From positions 1-32,407 of the IMG/VR virus record IMGVR_UViG_3300025132_000161: a stretch of DNA of 32,407 bases, one strand, 5' to 3'. Numbering within the stretch: the first letter of the stretch is position 1; each line of letters begins with the position of its first letter. The position numbers and the translations under genes are program-made. The notes beneath the pieces were generated by a model. That model was not told the origin of the DNA, made no database searches, and saw only the letters and a program-made list of their open reading frames with translations. Source of the stretch: a virus (taxonomy: Duplodnaviria > Caudoviricetes). Below, piece after piece: positions 20,734 through 28,161 of the stretch.

Positions 20734-22608
20734 TTATCGTGTGTAGATTGACTCGCTAGCGTAACTAGATGTTGTGACGTAAGAAGTAGCAGAAGTATTC
20801 TCACCAGAGGATACAACGTCAGGAAGTGCATTAACAGAACTATTTGTAACGTCTAATTGTAGGTAAAGATCTTTAAGTGCAATAACATCGTTAGATTGAG
20901 GTATTGCCTCAACCTGTATTAGACCATTTGTTAAAGAAGTCCCTGTTATATTTACCACATCCAAATTAATCTCTCCGTGAATGTAATCTACCGTCCCAGC
21001 GTCGTTCTTAACAATAAGAGGAAGGTTATTTACAAGTTTGAAGAAGATAACCTTACCAAAGTCAGTTCCAGCTGTAGGAATGTCACCCATGTAAATTGTT
21101 CCACTAACATTAGCTACTGTAAATCCTGTAGAACGTATTCCATATCCATTACGTTGTTTGAAAAAGGAGTTTCCGTAGCAAAGTTCATAAGTTGCAAAAG
21201 TATTGAGTTCAGGCGCAATGTCTCTTCTCATTTTTACCTTTGTAATGTTAGAAGTAACACCTCTTGCAGAGTCATCAATCAATCCTTGAATTTTACTATA
21301 CTTAAATCTACCACCAAAAGCATTAATATCAGAAGATTGAGAATATGAGGTCAAAGTTCTGGTTACAGAAGTAATTAGCTCAGTTGTATCAGAAACTGCG
21401 TTACTGTTATAGTAAACAGAAGTGTCTACTTCAATATAAAGATACTTAAGATCAATAATTTCTGGTTTAATACCAGCAATCGAATATTGTTTGAGTTGCC
21501 TAGCAATATCGTCCTTTGTAATCTGTGAAAGGAAAGAACCATTCTTCGGTTTGATGGAAATAAAGACTTTTCCATACTCAGGTGGATCTAACTCCTCTCC
21601 ACCGTAGGAGGTCACAGATTCAACGTTAGGATATACGAATGGAATTATACCTGTGTAGTCATTCGCCGTTACTGCACGGTATTGTGAGGAGTATATACGA
21701 GGTGCTAGGTATTTGATTGTACTTACATCTTCAACATCGTCACCATCGCTAGATCTTTGTGCAGTTCTTAAGACAGAAATACCAGATGTTACAGATAGTC
21801 CCTGATCGTCTTCCAAAACTCCAACAAATGAGAAGTTTCTAGCATCATTTCCAGATCTTCCATTAGTTACAATGTAGTTAACAGTAATTGTAGCTCCACC
21901 AGGCGGTTTTTTACCAATAATTCCGTCTCCAAACAAAATTTCATACTGTTCGTCTTCAATTTCTTGAATCAAGAAGAGTTTTGACGTAGCATCGACTCTT
22001 AAAATGTTGTTGTATAGCGTGTATATCTCTTTTGTCGTAGATTCAACTGTAATACGAATAGAAGTGGTGTCAATATTTGCGTTTGGAAGTATAAAACGTT
22101 GATTTGGAATTGAATAATCAACTTGGAAACTCTTTTGAAGGTAAATTCCTTCGTAAATATTCAAATTACTGAAAGTAGCAATATTATTTTCGTTTGTAGT
22201 AGCAACAAAGTCGTCAGGAATAGAAAAAATGTAAGAACCACCAACCTGATTACCCAATGCAACCTGTCCAGCCTTCAAAGTTACGATTCTTGTGTCATTC
22301 AAACCCATGTCAACTGTAAAATTGACGACTGCCTTAGCAGATCTACTTGATCTAGGTACATATCCAATGTTTCTAGCAAGTGAAACTACGTTTTCACGCA
22401 AAGTCGCACTGTCTAGGAAGCACTCGTTCACTGCCATGTTGGTATTATAGGCAGTAACGTAACTATTATACGCTAAAAGATCAATTAGAGTCGAAAAGTT
22501 AGACCCTTCAAAGTCAAAATCAGCAAAATCACTGTTTACTCTGAGGTAATCCTTAATCTGTTGCCTAAGATCACCGAAATCTAGGTTTGTGAACTGGTTA
22601 AAAGACAT
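20734..22608 (-). CDS. gp6: Baseplate wedge subunit gp6
   Basis: 624 aa. LDF..L...IKDYL...DF.DFDFEGSN.S.LIDLLAYN, FLDSATLRENVVSLARNIGY.PRS, FGDG..GK and QYRAVTA.DY. Confidence 0.95.
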   Translation of the reverse strand: MSFNQFTNLDFGDLRQQIKDYLRVNSDFADFDFEGSNFSTLIDLLAYNSYVTAYNTNMAVNECFLDSATLRENVVSLARNIGYVPRSSRSAKAVVNFTVDMGLNDTRIVTLKAGQVALGNQVGGSYIFSIPDDFVATTNENNIATFSNLNIYEGIYLQKSFQVDYSIPNQRFILPNANIDTTSIRITVESTTKEIYTLYNNILRVDATSKLFLIQEIEDEQYEILFGDGIIGKKPPGGATITVNYIVTNGRSGNDARNFSFVGVLEDDQGLSVTSGISVLRTAQRSSDGDDVEDVSTIKYLAPRIYSSQYRAVTANDYTGIIPFVYPNVESVTSYGGEELDPPEYGKVFISIKPKNGSFLSQITKDDIARQLKQYSIAGIKPEIIDLKYLYIEVDTSVYYNSNAVSDTTELITSVTRTLTSYSQSSDINAFGGRFKYSKIQGLIDDSARGVTSNITKVKMRRDIAPELNTFATYELCYGNSFFKQRNGYGIRSTGFTVANVSGTIYMGDIPTAGTDFGKVIFFKLVNNLPLIVKNDAGTVDYIHGEINLDVVNITGTSLTNGLIQVEAIPQSNDVIALKDLYLQLDVTNSSVNALPDVVSSGENTSATSYVTTSSYASESIYTR

Positions 22609-23024
22609 TATATTCTAGTTGATTGGAGAATGAATTCTATTTGTTGACGTGCCGCAGTCAATCCAACGATATCATACTTGATTTGTATTTCTAAATCGTT
22701 ACTATTAGTGACATATGTGACTTGTACCTTGGCATTTGCTACTCTTGGTTCAAAGTTTTCCAACAAAAGGAAAATATCATCTTCTAATTCATATGCCATA
22801 GCTGCATTTGGAAGTTCAAACAGCTGTTCTTCAACTTTACTACCCAACAGTGGGTTGAAAAATCTCTCTCCTAGCTTTGTTCGTACCAAATTTTGCACAG
22901 AACGCTTGATAGCATCCTCATTTGAGTAAGCTCCTATGTCATCTGTGACAGGATGCTTCGCAAATGTTAAACTAATATCCTTAAAGGGAACACTTGTATT
23001 GAGTTTTTTGTCAATTAGTGCCAT
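22608..23024 (-). CDS. gp25: Baseplate wedge subunit gp25 (GPW/gp25 family)
   Basis: 138 aa. FKDISL.F..HPVT.D, AIKRSVQNLV.T..GERFF.P.LGS and FEPRV. TAATG overlap with gp6. Confidence 0.93.
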   Translation of the reverse strand: MALIDKKLNTSVPFKDISLTFAKHPVTDDIGAYSNEDAIKRSVQNLVRTKLGERFFNPLLGSKVEEQLFELPNAAMAYELEDDIFLLLENFEPRVANAKVQVTYVTNSNDLEIQIKYDIVGLTAARQQIEFILQSTRI

Positions 23025-23027
23025 TTT

Positions 23028-23192
23028 TTAGCAATTCCTAAATTTATCTAACTCTTGTTCTATCAATTCTTGCTTTCTTTTCTTATCATTAGCGTCATCG
23101 CCAACGACTTCACGCAAAATTGTATCATCATTTTCTGGTTTTTCTATAAAACCATCATCAGGAACGCTAAATTGTGTATTTTTTAGCTTCAT
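23028..23192 (-). CDS. Small charged hypothetical protein, 54 aa (MKLKNTQFSVPDDGFIEK...), not in the ORF track
   Basis: Translated by hand. Fills the gap between a late promoter and gp25, ending 3 nt before the gp25 ATG. Confidence 0.7.
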   Translation of the reverse strand: MKLKNTQFSVPDDGFIEKPENDDTILREVVGDDANDKKRKQELIEQELDKFRNC

Positions 23193-23218
23193 TAAGGGCA
23201 AGTATACTATTCAAATTC

Positions 23219-23225
23219 TATTTAG
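23219..23225 (-). promoter_or_regulatory. T4-type late promoter (CTAAATA) heading the baseplate operon
   Basis: TAAATA core just downstream of a terminator and about 27 nt upstream of an ATG. Confidence 0.7.
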
Positions 23226-23229
23226 ACAC

Positions 23230-23254
23230 AAAAAAAGACCCTTTTAAAGGGTCC
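23230..23254 (-). terminator. Rho-independent terminator
   Basis: Minus strand GACCCTTT-AAAAGGGTC hairpin followed by T7. Confidence 0.8.
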
Positions 23255-23275
23255 TTAAAGTTTTTTAGGTATTTT

Positions 23276-23431
23276 CTAACCAGCAGCGAGTGGTGATTGT
23301 GAGTCATTTGTGTTTGCAGCAGCCTTTTTTCGTGCTTGAGCACTCACATCATACTGTCCTTTCACACTTCCGCTACCAAAACCCTGACTTTCAACGTTAT
23401 GGGGAGCTAATTTTGGATCTGAGTCTGCCAT
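23276..23431 (-). CDS. Small Ala/Gly/Ser-rich hypothetical protein, 51 aa (MADSDPKLAPHNVES...), probably late-expressed
   Basis: Translated by hand. Preceded by ATAAATA and followed by a terminator. Confidence 0.65.
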   Translation of the reverse strand: MADSDPKLAPHNVESQGFGSGSVKGQYDVSAQARKKAAANTNDSQSPLAAG

Positions 23432-23449
23432 CTTTTAACCGTTTTCTTT

Positions 23450-23614
23450 TTATTTATCAATCTGAGCTCGTAATCGGTCTGGAGAGATACCTTCTTCAAG
23501 GTAAAACTCCAATCTGGTCTGTGCTTGATCTTTAGTAAGACCTACATCTAGCTTAGGATTGTTCACACACCAACCAGAAGTACCCAATTCGACTACTTTG
23601 TACTTAGCTTCCAT
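23450..23614 (-). CDS. Small hypothetical protein, 54 aa (MEAKYKVVELGTSGW...GISPDRLRAQIDK)
   Basis: Translated by hand. TAATG coupling to the glycosyltransferase stop. Confidence 0.75.
   Translation of the reverse strand: MEAKYKVVELGTSGWCVNNPKLDVGLTKDQAQTRLEFYLEEGISPDRLRAQIDK
23451..23457 (-). promoter_or_regulatory. T4-type late promoter (ATAAATA) overlapping a stop codon
   Basis: TAAATA core 20 nt upstream of the ATG at 23431. Confidence 0.55.
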
Positions 23615-24372
23615 TAGATTATCCTTGTTTTCTCGTGACCAACACGGATTTTAGGATCAATCCAGATCTCCATACCCGCTTCTTTTGCATCAAGACAGAA
23701 TGAAACGTCTTCTCCACACATATCTTGTACTTCTCCTGAGTCAAAGACTTGCATTTTAGGTGCAAACCAAGGATACTTCATCTCTTTATGCTCAAATACA
23801 CCGTTCTTGATGAGTAACCAACCAAATCCTGTGTAGTCAACTGTGAAAGGCTTGCGTCTACGAGAGATAGACTCGATAGTTTCGTGATTCATCACTCCAC
23901 CGTTCTTTGCAAAGTCCTCTTCTTCTAGCCAGTGTGCAACAGATGTAGTTTTTCCATCCTCTGTGCAGTACCAACCACCAGCAATATCCTTTTGCATCCA
24001 TACTAAACGATAGAACTTCTCTGTATCGAATACGATATCGGAGTCAATCCATAGTTGGTAGTCATATTTTAGTTTTCCGTCCCAAGGAATCTGGTCTGGG
24101 CCTCTTAATACGTTTGCACCAAGGCACTTGCATCTTGCAAAGTTAACCATTGATGAGTAATCTTGTGAAATTTGAATGGAACTACCATTCTGAACTAGAT
24201 CAAAACAAAGTTGAACGAAGTTCTTGAGGAAGATATATGATACTCCTCTGCCTGGTAGACAGAAAACTATTGCTTTTCCTTTTGCTAATGCTTTTGCTTC
24301 CTCTAGATTAAAATCGTCTTCAACCTTTTTAGTCTTAGGAGCATTTGCTTTTACTGTAAATCCTTTTGCCAT
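23614..24372 (-). CDS. Glycosyltransferase-like protein (GT-A fold, family-2-like)
   Basis: 252 aa. V.FAR..C, DY.LWIDSDIVF (DxD), VDYTGFGWLLIK.GVFE, GEDVSFC..A...G..IWIDP...VGH. Confidence 0.8.
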   Translation of the reverse strand: MAKGFTVKANAPKTKKVEDDFNLEEAKALAKGKAIVFCLPGRGVSYIFLKNFVQLCFDLVQNGSSIQISQDYSSMVNFARCKCLGANVLRGPDQIPWDGKLKYDYQLWIDSDIVFDTEKFYRLVWMQKDIAGGWYCTEDGKTTSVAHWLEEEDFAKNGGVMNHETIESISRRRKPFTVDYTGFGWLLIKNGVFEHKEMKYPWFAPKMQVFDSGEVQDMCGEDVSFCLDAKEAGMEIWIDPKIRVGHEKTRII

Positions 24373-24394
24373 AACATGTTATCAGTACATAGTT

Positions 24395-24423
24395 AGTATA
24401 ACACTGATCACTCAATCTGTCCA
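24395..24423 (-). promoter_or_regulatory. Sigma70-like promoter for the glycosyltransferase
   Basis: TGGACA-N17-TATACT with extended -10 TGn. Confidence 0.65.
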
Positions 24424-24442
24424 GTGTCTTATTATATAGTCG

Positions 24443-24598
24443 TTAATTCTTAACAACTTTTATCTCCTCTGTACGGAGATCATCACTCGGATAATGTTTA
24501 AAATATTCGGTAATATATTCTAGCTTATGTTTAATATCGTGATGCGGAACCTTTTCCATAATTAAGTTCTCGCCAATGTAAACGTTATAGGTACTCAT
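24443..24598 (-). CDS. Small hypothetical protein, 51 aa (MSTYNVYIGENLIMEKV...)
   Basis: Translated by hand. Overlaps the upstream ORF end and fills the gap. Confidence 0.6.
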   Translation of the reverse strand: MSTYNVYIGENLIMEKVPHHDIKHKLEYITEYFKHYPSDDLRTEEIKVVKN

Positions 24599-24752
24599 CT
24601 TCCCATTCAGCAAGCATGTCCTCTAGGTCTTTGCGAATGTCGGGATGGTACATTAAGTGATTATCGTTTTCAAGGCGAAACTGAACAGATTCGTAGATGT
24701 ATTCTAGTGTTTTGACATCGAGATCGACATTCATTTCGGGTTGTATGTTCAT
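24585..24752 (-). CDS. Small acidic hypothetical protein (likely start MNIQPEM..., not the track start at 24839)
   Basis: The shorter start avoids overlap with the upstream gene; start uncertain. Confidence 0.6.
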   Translation of the reverse strand: MNIQPEMNVDLDVKTLEYIYESVQFRLENDNHLMYHPDIRKDLEDMLAEWEDEYL

Positions 24753-24780
24753 TATGTTTCTATCTATACATTTTGGTTTC

Positions 24781-25344
24781 TTAGAGGCGTGTACGTTCGA
24801 TTTTTTTTGTAAGTTTCTCACGATATTTTCTACGCCCATTCACAACCTTTTCCATTTGTTGTTCACTATATCTAGTCGTGTAATATCCTTTGTTTGCCAA
24901 GAGTTTGGCAGAGTCGTCCAAAGAAGAAATTTTTTGAACCATGACTATCGTAAATAACTGATCAACCTTTGTAAGTAACCATAAGTCTTTCCCCTGACAG
25001 TTCAAGAAAGTATTCAGAGCATCAACTCCACCACCTATACTATCGGCCGTGATATGATTTGCATTACTGTGTGCAGCGACAATCACTACATCCTTACTGC
25101 CATCAAACTTATCACATTCTTCTGACACCACTTCCCAAAAGTCATATGCAGAGAAGTAGTCATATACCTTTCTAAAACCGAGACGCTTCTCATCTCTCGC
25201 CTTCTTTGCAAAGGGACAACGAGGTCCATTATAATCAGGACTAATTGGATCAGACTCCTGTAGATGTGCAATCCAATCGTTCGTAAAGTCCTCTAAATGA
25301 TCAAGTGGGTGACTAATAACTCTGCTCCTCCAACTTGCAATCAT
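24781..25344 (-). CDS. Hypothetical protein with a CPFA motif (DUF1415-like)
   Basis: 187 aa. W+RCPFAKKA resembles the DUF1415-type N-terminal motif; family call tentative. Confidence 0.6.
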   Translation of the reverse strand: MIASWRSRVISHPLDHLEDFTNDWIAHLQESDPISPDYNGPRCPFAKKARDEKRLGFRKVYDYFSAYDFWEVVSEECDKFDGSKDVVIVAAHSNANHITADSIGGGVDALNTFLNCQGKDLWLLTKVDQLFTIVMVQKISSLDDSAKLLANKGYYTTRYSEQQMEKVVNGRRKYREKLTKKIERTRL

Positions 25345-25513
25345 CTCCTATACAAGAAGAGAACGACAAACTATCTGTATGATACGAACGATATAACTTC
25401 GCCCATATCAAATCAAACTCTTCCTCAGTTAAGTTCTTAAACAAACACTTATCCTCGAAATAAATGTGATAAGACTTTACTCCTTTATCCGTTGTGGCAC
25501 TTGAATAGTCCAT
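25313..25513 (-). CDS. Small hypothetical protein (YHIY...KCLFKNL.EEEF)
   Basis: 66-aa ORF in a tightly packed run; start uncertain. Confidence 0.65.
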   Translation of the reverse strand: MDYSSATTDKGVKSYHIYFEDKCLFKNLTEEEFDLIWAKLYRSYHTDSLSFSSCIGDDCKLEEQSY

Positions 25514-25800
25514 GACCCTCCTTTTAAATCTACCATCTTAAACTTCTTCTTGTTACGCTCAATCTCTAATAACCATGACTCATTCATTTCACTGCCATAC
25601 TCAATAGGGTTCATGCCCTTGAAATCAAGTATTGCAGTATCTACCATGAAGAACAAAGTATCCCAAGTTAACGTATGCTGTAATGCACTTGCTATCTGTT
25701 CAACTTCATACTCACTGAGCTCTTGATTGATAACTCCAGAGCGGATTTCTACCAACTCAGTTAAATCAATCACTATCCTGTTATTCTTATATATCGCCAT
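25477..25800 (-). CDS. Hypothetical protein
   Basis: 107-aa ORF, co-oriented, plausible composition. Confidence 0.7.
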   Translation of the reverse strand: MAIYKNNRIVIDLTELVEIRSGVINQELSEYEVEQIASALQHTLTWDTLFFMVDTAILDFKGMNPIEYGSEMNESWLLEIERNKKKFKMVDLKGGSWTIQVPQRIKE

Positions 25801-25820
25801 AATGTGTTCTTTACAATTCC

Positions 25821-26105
25821 TTAATCAAAAGATATACCTTCCTCATCAGGAAGATCAAGTAGTTTCTCTTCAACCCAATGCTCTTTATTATCAATACCAG
25901 CTGCTTCTACATACTGCATGATATGTCTATCCACTTGCTTGTAGATAGGATGTAAGTCAATATCCATTCTGATATCATGAGCTATCTCTGCCACTTGCTT
26001 TTCTGTTAAACAATGATCAGGATGAAGAAGATCACAACAAGGGATCCTCTTCTCAATCAACTGATTAATGTTTATACGAATCTCATAGTCGTTATAAACC
26101 GCCAT
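25821..26105 (-). CDS. Hypothetical protein
   Basis: 94-aa ORF with TAATG coupling to the upstream peptide. Confidence 0.75.
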   Translation of the reverse strand: MAVYNDYEIRININQLIEKRIPCCDLLHPDHCLTEKQVAEIAHDIRMDIDLHPIYKQVDRHIMQYVEAAGIDNKEHWVEEKLLDLPDEEGISFD

Positions 26106-26203
26106 TAAAAGAACCTACCCTTTGTTCCATAGTTTACGATACCGATTGCTGAACCTATACAAAAGGTCATCAATACAAGTGTTAATACAACTCCTTCAAT
26201 CAT
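26105..26203 (-). CDS. 32-aa single-transmembrane peptide (MIEGVVLTLVLMTFCIGSAIGIVNYGTKGRFF)
   Basis: Translated by hand. First ORF after a promoter, with an AACAAACAGGA leader and TAATG coupling to the next gene. Confidence 0.65.
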   Translation of the reverse strand: MIEGVVLTLVLMTFCIGSAIGIVNYGTKGRFF

Positions 26204-26229
26204 GTGCTTTCCTGTTTGTTTACTCTTTA

Positions 26230-26258
26230 AGTATAACACAACCCCTGCCCAGAGTCAA
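26230..26258 (-). promoter_or_regulatory. Sigma70-like promoter
   Basis: TTGACT-N17-TATACT with extended -10 TGn; -35 lies in the loop of an imperfect TGCCC(C)AG/CTGGGCA hairpin. Confidence 0.8.
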
Positions 26259-26371
26259 CCTACTGGGGCATTTTTTATATACTGAATTTTTTTAAATACG
26301 AATAATATATAGCTCTCGATTTTGGTTCGTTGTAGGTTAGGGACTTATCGGTTTTTATAACACGGAACATA

Positions 26372-26401
26372 ATAAACAAAACACCTGGCTCAAAGGGTGT
26401 T
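26372..26401 (-). terminator. Probable terminator closing the cassette array
   Basis: AACACC/GGTGTT stem followed by TTGTTTATT, 10 nt after the stop at 26412. Confidence 0.5.
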
Positions 26402-26411
26402 GAGTGTGTCC

Positions 26412-26597
26412 CTAGAATTCATCTAGGGCAAGGTCATTCATCTCAAACCATCCGAGGTTTATCTGAAGTGCATTATGTAGATCAGGTGCATCTACGTTAT
26501 AAGGTAGAGACTGGATAAGGTCATACAGTTTAATGTTTAGATCATGAACTTGGTCCTCTGTTAATCCTGTGTAAGGTGTTCCGATTGCGTTTCTCAT
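26412..26597 (-). CDS. Early-type small hypothetical protein
   Basis: 61 aa, downstream of cassette promoter 1, AAGGA ribosome-binding site. Confidence 0.75.
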   Translation of the reverse strand: MRNAIGTPYTGLTEDQVHDLNIKLYDLIQSLPYNVDAPDLHNALQINLGWFEMNDLALDEF

Positions 26598-26607
26598 AAT
26601 GTCCTTA

Positions 26608-26696
26608 TGTTTGTTATATTAATATTATACACACAAAGACCCCACCGATGGTGAGGCCATGTGACAGTTTACAAACTGGTCCAATAGGGGTTGATT
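26608..26696 (-). promoter_or_regulatory. Promoter cassette copy 1 (dyad box 26661-26682, hairpin, TATAAT 26624-26629, leader)
   Basis: GTGACAG-N8-CTGGTCC; 31-bp spacer containing the GGCCTCACC/GGTGGGGTC stem plus TTTG. Confidence 0.7.
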
Positions 26697-26931
26697 ATCC
26701 TGATGTTCTCAAGTAGGCTCTGTCATTACCCTCTATAATGCTTCTTTCTGCCCTAGTGGCACGGCAGTTGTAGGCCTGCCCTCTGCGGTTAGTGTTAGAC
26801 CTCGGCCCCTTAGTCATGCTGAATATAAGTTCGTCTCGGCGTGCCTTCCGTGGCTTTAACTTAGTATAGGTTACTTGGCGGCCATCGGCTAATGTGAATT
26901 GCTTTTGGCTGAGTATGTTGTTTTTGGCCAT
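26695..26931 (-). CDS. Small basic (Arg/Lys-rich) early-type protein, 78 aa; true start probably MAKNNIL at 26931
   Basis: The track start at 26955 overlaps the -10 box; the ATG at 26931 follows the AAACAAACA leader. Confidence 0.75.
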   Translation of the reverse strand: MAKNNILSQKQFTLADGRQVTYTKLKPRKARRDELIFSMTKGPRSNTNRRGQAYNCRATRAERSIIEGNDRAYLRTSG

Positions 26932-26933
26932 GT

Positions 26934-27012
26934 GTGTTTGTTTAATTAGGTCCATTATAGAATAAAAAAGGCCCCCTGTGTGGAGGCCGTGTGCCAGTTA
27001 GTGTACTGTACT
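26934..27012 (-). promoter_or_regulatory. Promoter cassette copy 2 (degenerate box 26991-27012, TATAAT 26954-26959)
   Basis: GTGCCAG half-site 31 bp from TATAAT, plus leader. Confidence 0.7.
26964..26988 (-). terminator. Rho-independent terminator embedded in the cassette-2 promoter spacer
   Basis: GGCCTCC-ACACA-GGGGGCC followed by T6. Confidence 0.8.
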
Positions 27013-27346
27013 ATGCGACTGCCAACTCGAATCCGTCGGCGAAGTCTTGGCGATTGCCTTTGAAGTCTGCCACGAACCAGTCCCAGTTACGCTGGATTAC
27101 GCTGAATCCTGTAGCAAACTCATTACATAAAGCGTTTAAGCGTGACTTAGTTGTATTAGACTGCCACCCGCCATCGAATAGTACAAGCGTATCATTAGTA
27201 ACTGTGGCAATGTGATTACCGTGTAGTTTGATAATCGCCTCACTCTGTCCTTGAGCGTTAATGCTGTGAGTTACTGAAGTGTTTGAAGATCTGAAGTCTC
27301 TGCCGTTTCTGATAGCAGTGTTCATGTTCTTTTCAATTACTCTCAT
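27011..27346 (-). CDS. Conserved cyanophage-type hypothetical protein (MR.IE..M..AI...NT.V...LHGNHIA...GGWQS.TTKSRLNAL)
   Basis: 111 aa, downstream of cassette promoter 3. Confidence 0.85.
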   Translation of the reverse strand: MRVIEKNMNTAIRNGRDFRSSNTSVTHSINAQGQSEAIIKLHGNHIATVTNDTLVLFDGGWQSNTTKSRLNALCNEFATGFSVIQRNWDWFVADFKGNRQDFADGFELAVA

Positions 27347-27358
27347 GTTAATAAGTGA

Positions 27359-27435
27359 TGTTTGTTTGTATGTACTTATTATAATGCCTCATGATGCCAA
27401 TACAACAGGCCATGTGCCAGTTTAATAAGTGGCAC
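27359..27435 (-). promoter_or_regulatory. Promoter cassette copy 3 (box 27414-27435, TATAAT 27378-27383)
   Basis: GTGCCAGTTTAATAAGTGGCAC, 30-bp spacer, ACAAACAAACA leader. Confidence 0.85.
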
Positions 27436-27453
27436 ACTCATACGCTGAGATGG

Positions 27454-27482
27454 TTGACAAGTGCGCTCCGATGCCCTATAAT
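27454..27482 (+). promoter_or_regulatory. Perfect-consensus sigma70 promoter on the plus strand with no downstream ORF
   Basis: TTGACA-N17-TATAAT. Confidence 0.8.
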
Positions 27483-27607
27483 TGGTCCATAAGAGATTTG
27501 GGGTAAGATCTATAAACTTTTCGACACTTCCCCTGCTCCGCAATAATTGTATCAGAATGTTACAAAGTCCCTTCTATCATACTTGACAGAATTCCGCAAC
27601 TCCCCTT

Positions 27608-27666
27608 GTGCCAGTTCATAAAGTGGCACAGTACTGGTTGACTTCCGAGGGTTTTCGTGTTATAAT
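27608..27666 (+). promoter_or_regulatory. Dyad box copy 4 (27608-27629) plus plus-strand sigma70 promoter
   Basis: GTGCCAGTTCATAAAGTGGCAC-N8-TTGACT-N17-TATAAT with extended -10 TGn. Confidence 0.85.
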
Positions 27667-27830
27667 GCCCGCCAAGATGTCTATAAGAACTCGCATTTAA
27701 TTCGCTTTATTTAAGTATAAAATGTATAAAGAGATAATAAACACTTATATGTTTATTTTACCTTTTTTAAATATTACTTAAATATGCAAGTATAATGCTT
27801 AAATGAAGCAAATAGGTATCAATTCCCCGC

Positions 27831-28025
27831 TTAAAGTTCGCTCTGAAGTTCATGCACTTTGCTTAGAGTTTGCTTCAACAACCCATACATATTTCCCTTA
27901 CAGTTTGCTTCACTAATTGAATCGTAATTAGCAAGACTTTCTAACACTAACAACTTGATAAGTGAGAGTTCTTGATTATCAAATAGTGGGGCATCTAGCA
28001 GGGAATTGTTTATATTATGGGTCAT
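27831..28025 (-). CDS. Small hypothetical protein (likely start MTHNIN at 28025)
   Basis: ORF-track frame; this ATG overlaps the end of the upstream ORF. Confidence 0.55.
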   Translation of the reverse strand: MTHNINNSLLDAPLFDNQELSLIKLLVLESLANYDSISEANCKGNMYGLLKQTLSKVHELQSEL

Positions 28026-28161
28026 ACGATTCCACTTCAATTTCTGTTACATAACCTTCGTAAATGTCATCACTAAAGTTATCATCACTATCGGATAATC
28101 TCCTTATGAATGCTTCACTATCCTCGAAGCACTTATTGACAGTTTGCTTTACTTTATCCAC
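28015..28161 (-). CDS. Small acidic hypothetical protein, 48 aa (GTG start; ...DSDDNFSDDIYEGY...)
   Basis: Translated by hand. AAGGAGG 7 nt before the GTG; TAGTG coupling. Confidence 0.65.
   Translation of the reverse strand: MDKVKQTVNKCFEDSEAFIRRLSDSDDNFSDDIYEGYVTEIEVESYDP

Noticed and set aside
705-22929. Numerous short alternative-frame and plus-strand ORFs inside the structural genes
   Set aside because: They are shadows of long Gly/Thr/Val-biased genes, with no independent start signals or recognisable motifs
23290-23535. Plus-strand 81-aa ORF (likewise 24697-24957, 26991-27215 and 31317-31583)
   Set aside because: Antisense to better-supported, translationally coupled minus-strand ORFs
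26105-26203. Peptide as PetM/PetL/Hli or another photosynthesis auxiliary gene
   Set aside because: Only size and hydrophobicity match; diagnostic motifs are absent
27414-27435. Box as an NtcA, CRP or Pho site
   Set aside because: Does not fit GTA-N8-TAC, TGTGA-N6-TCACA or Pho-box direct repeats
27576-27607. Minus-strand promoter attached to box 4
   Set aside because: The best -10 (TATGAT) is 26 bp from the box rather than 30-31, with no leader or ORF
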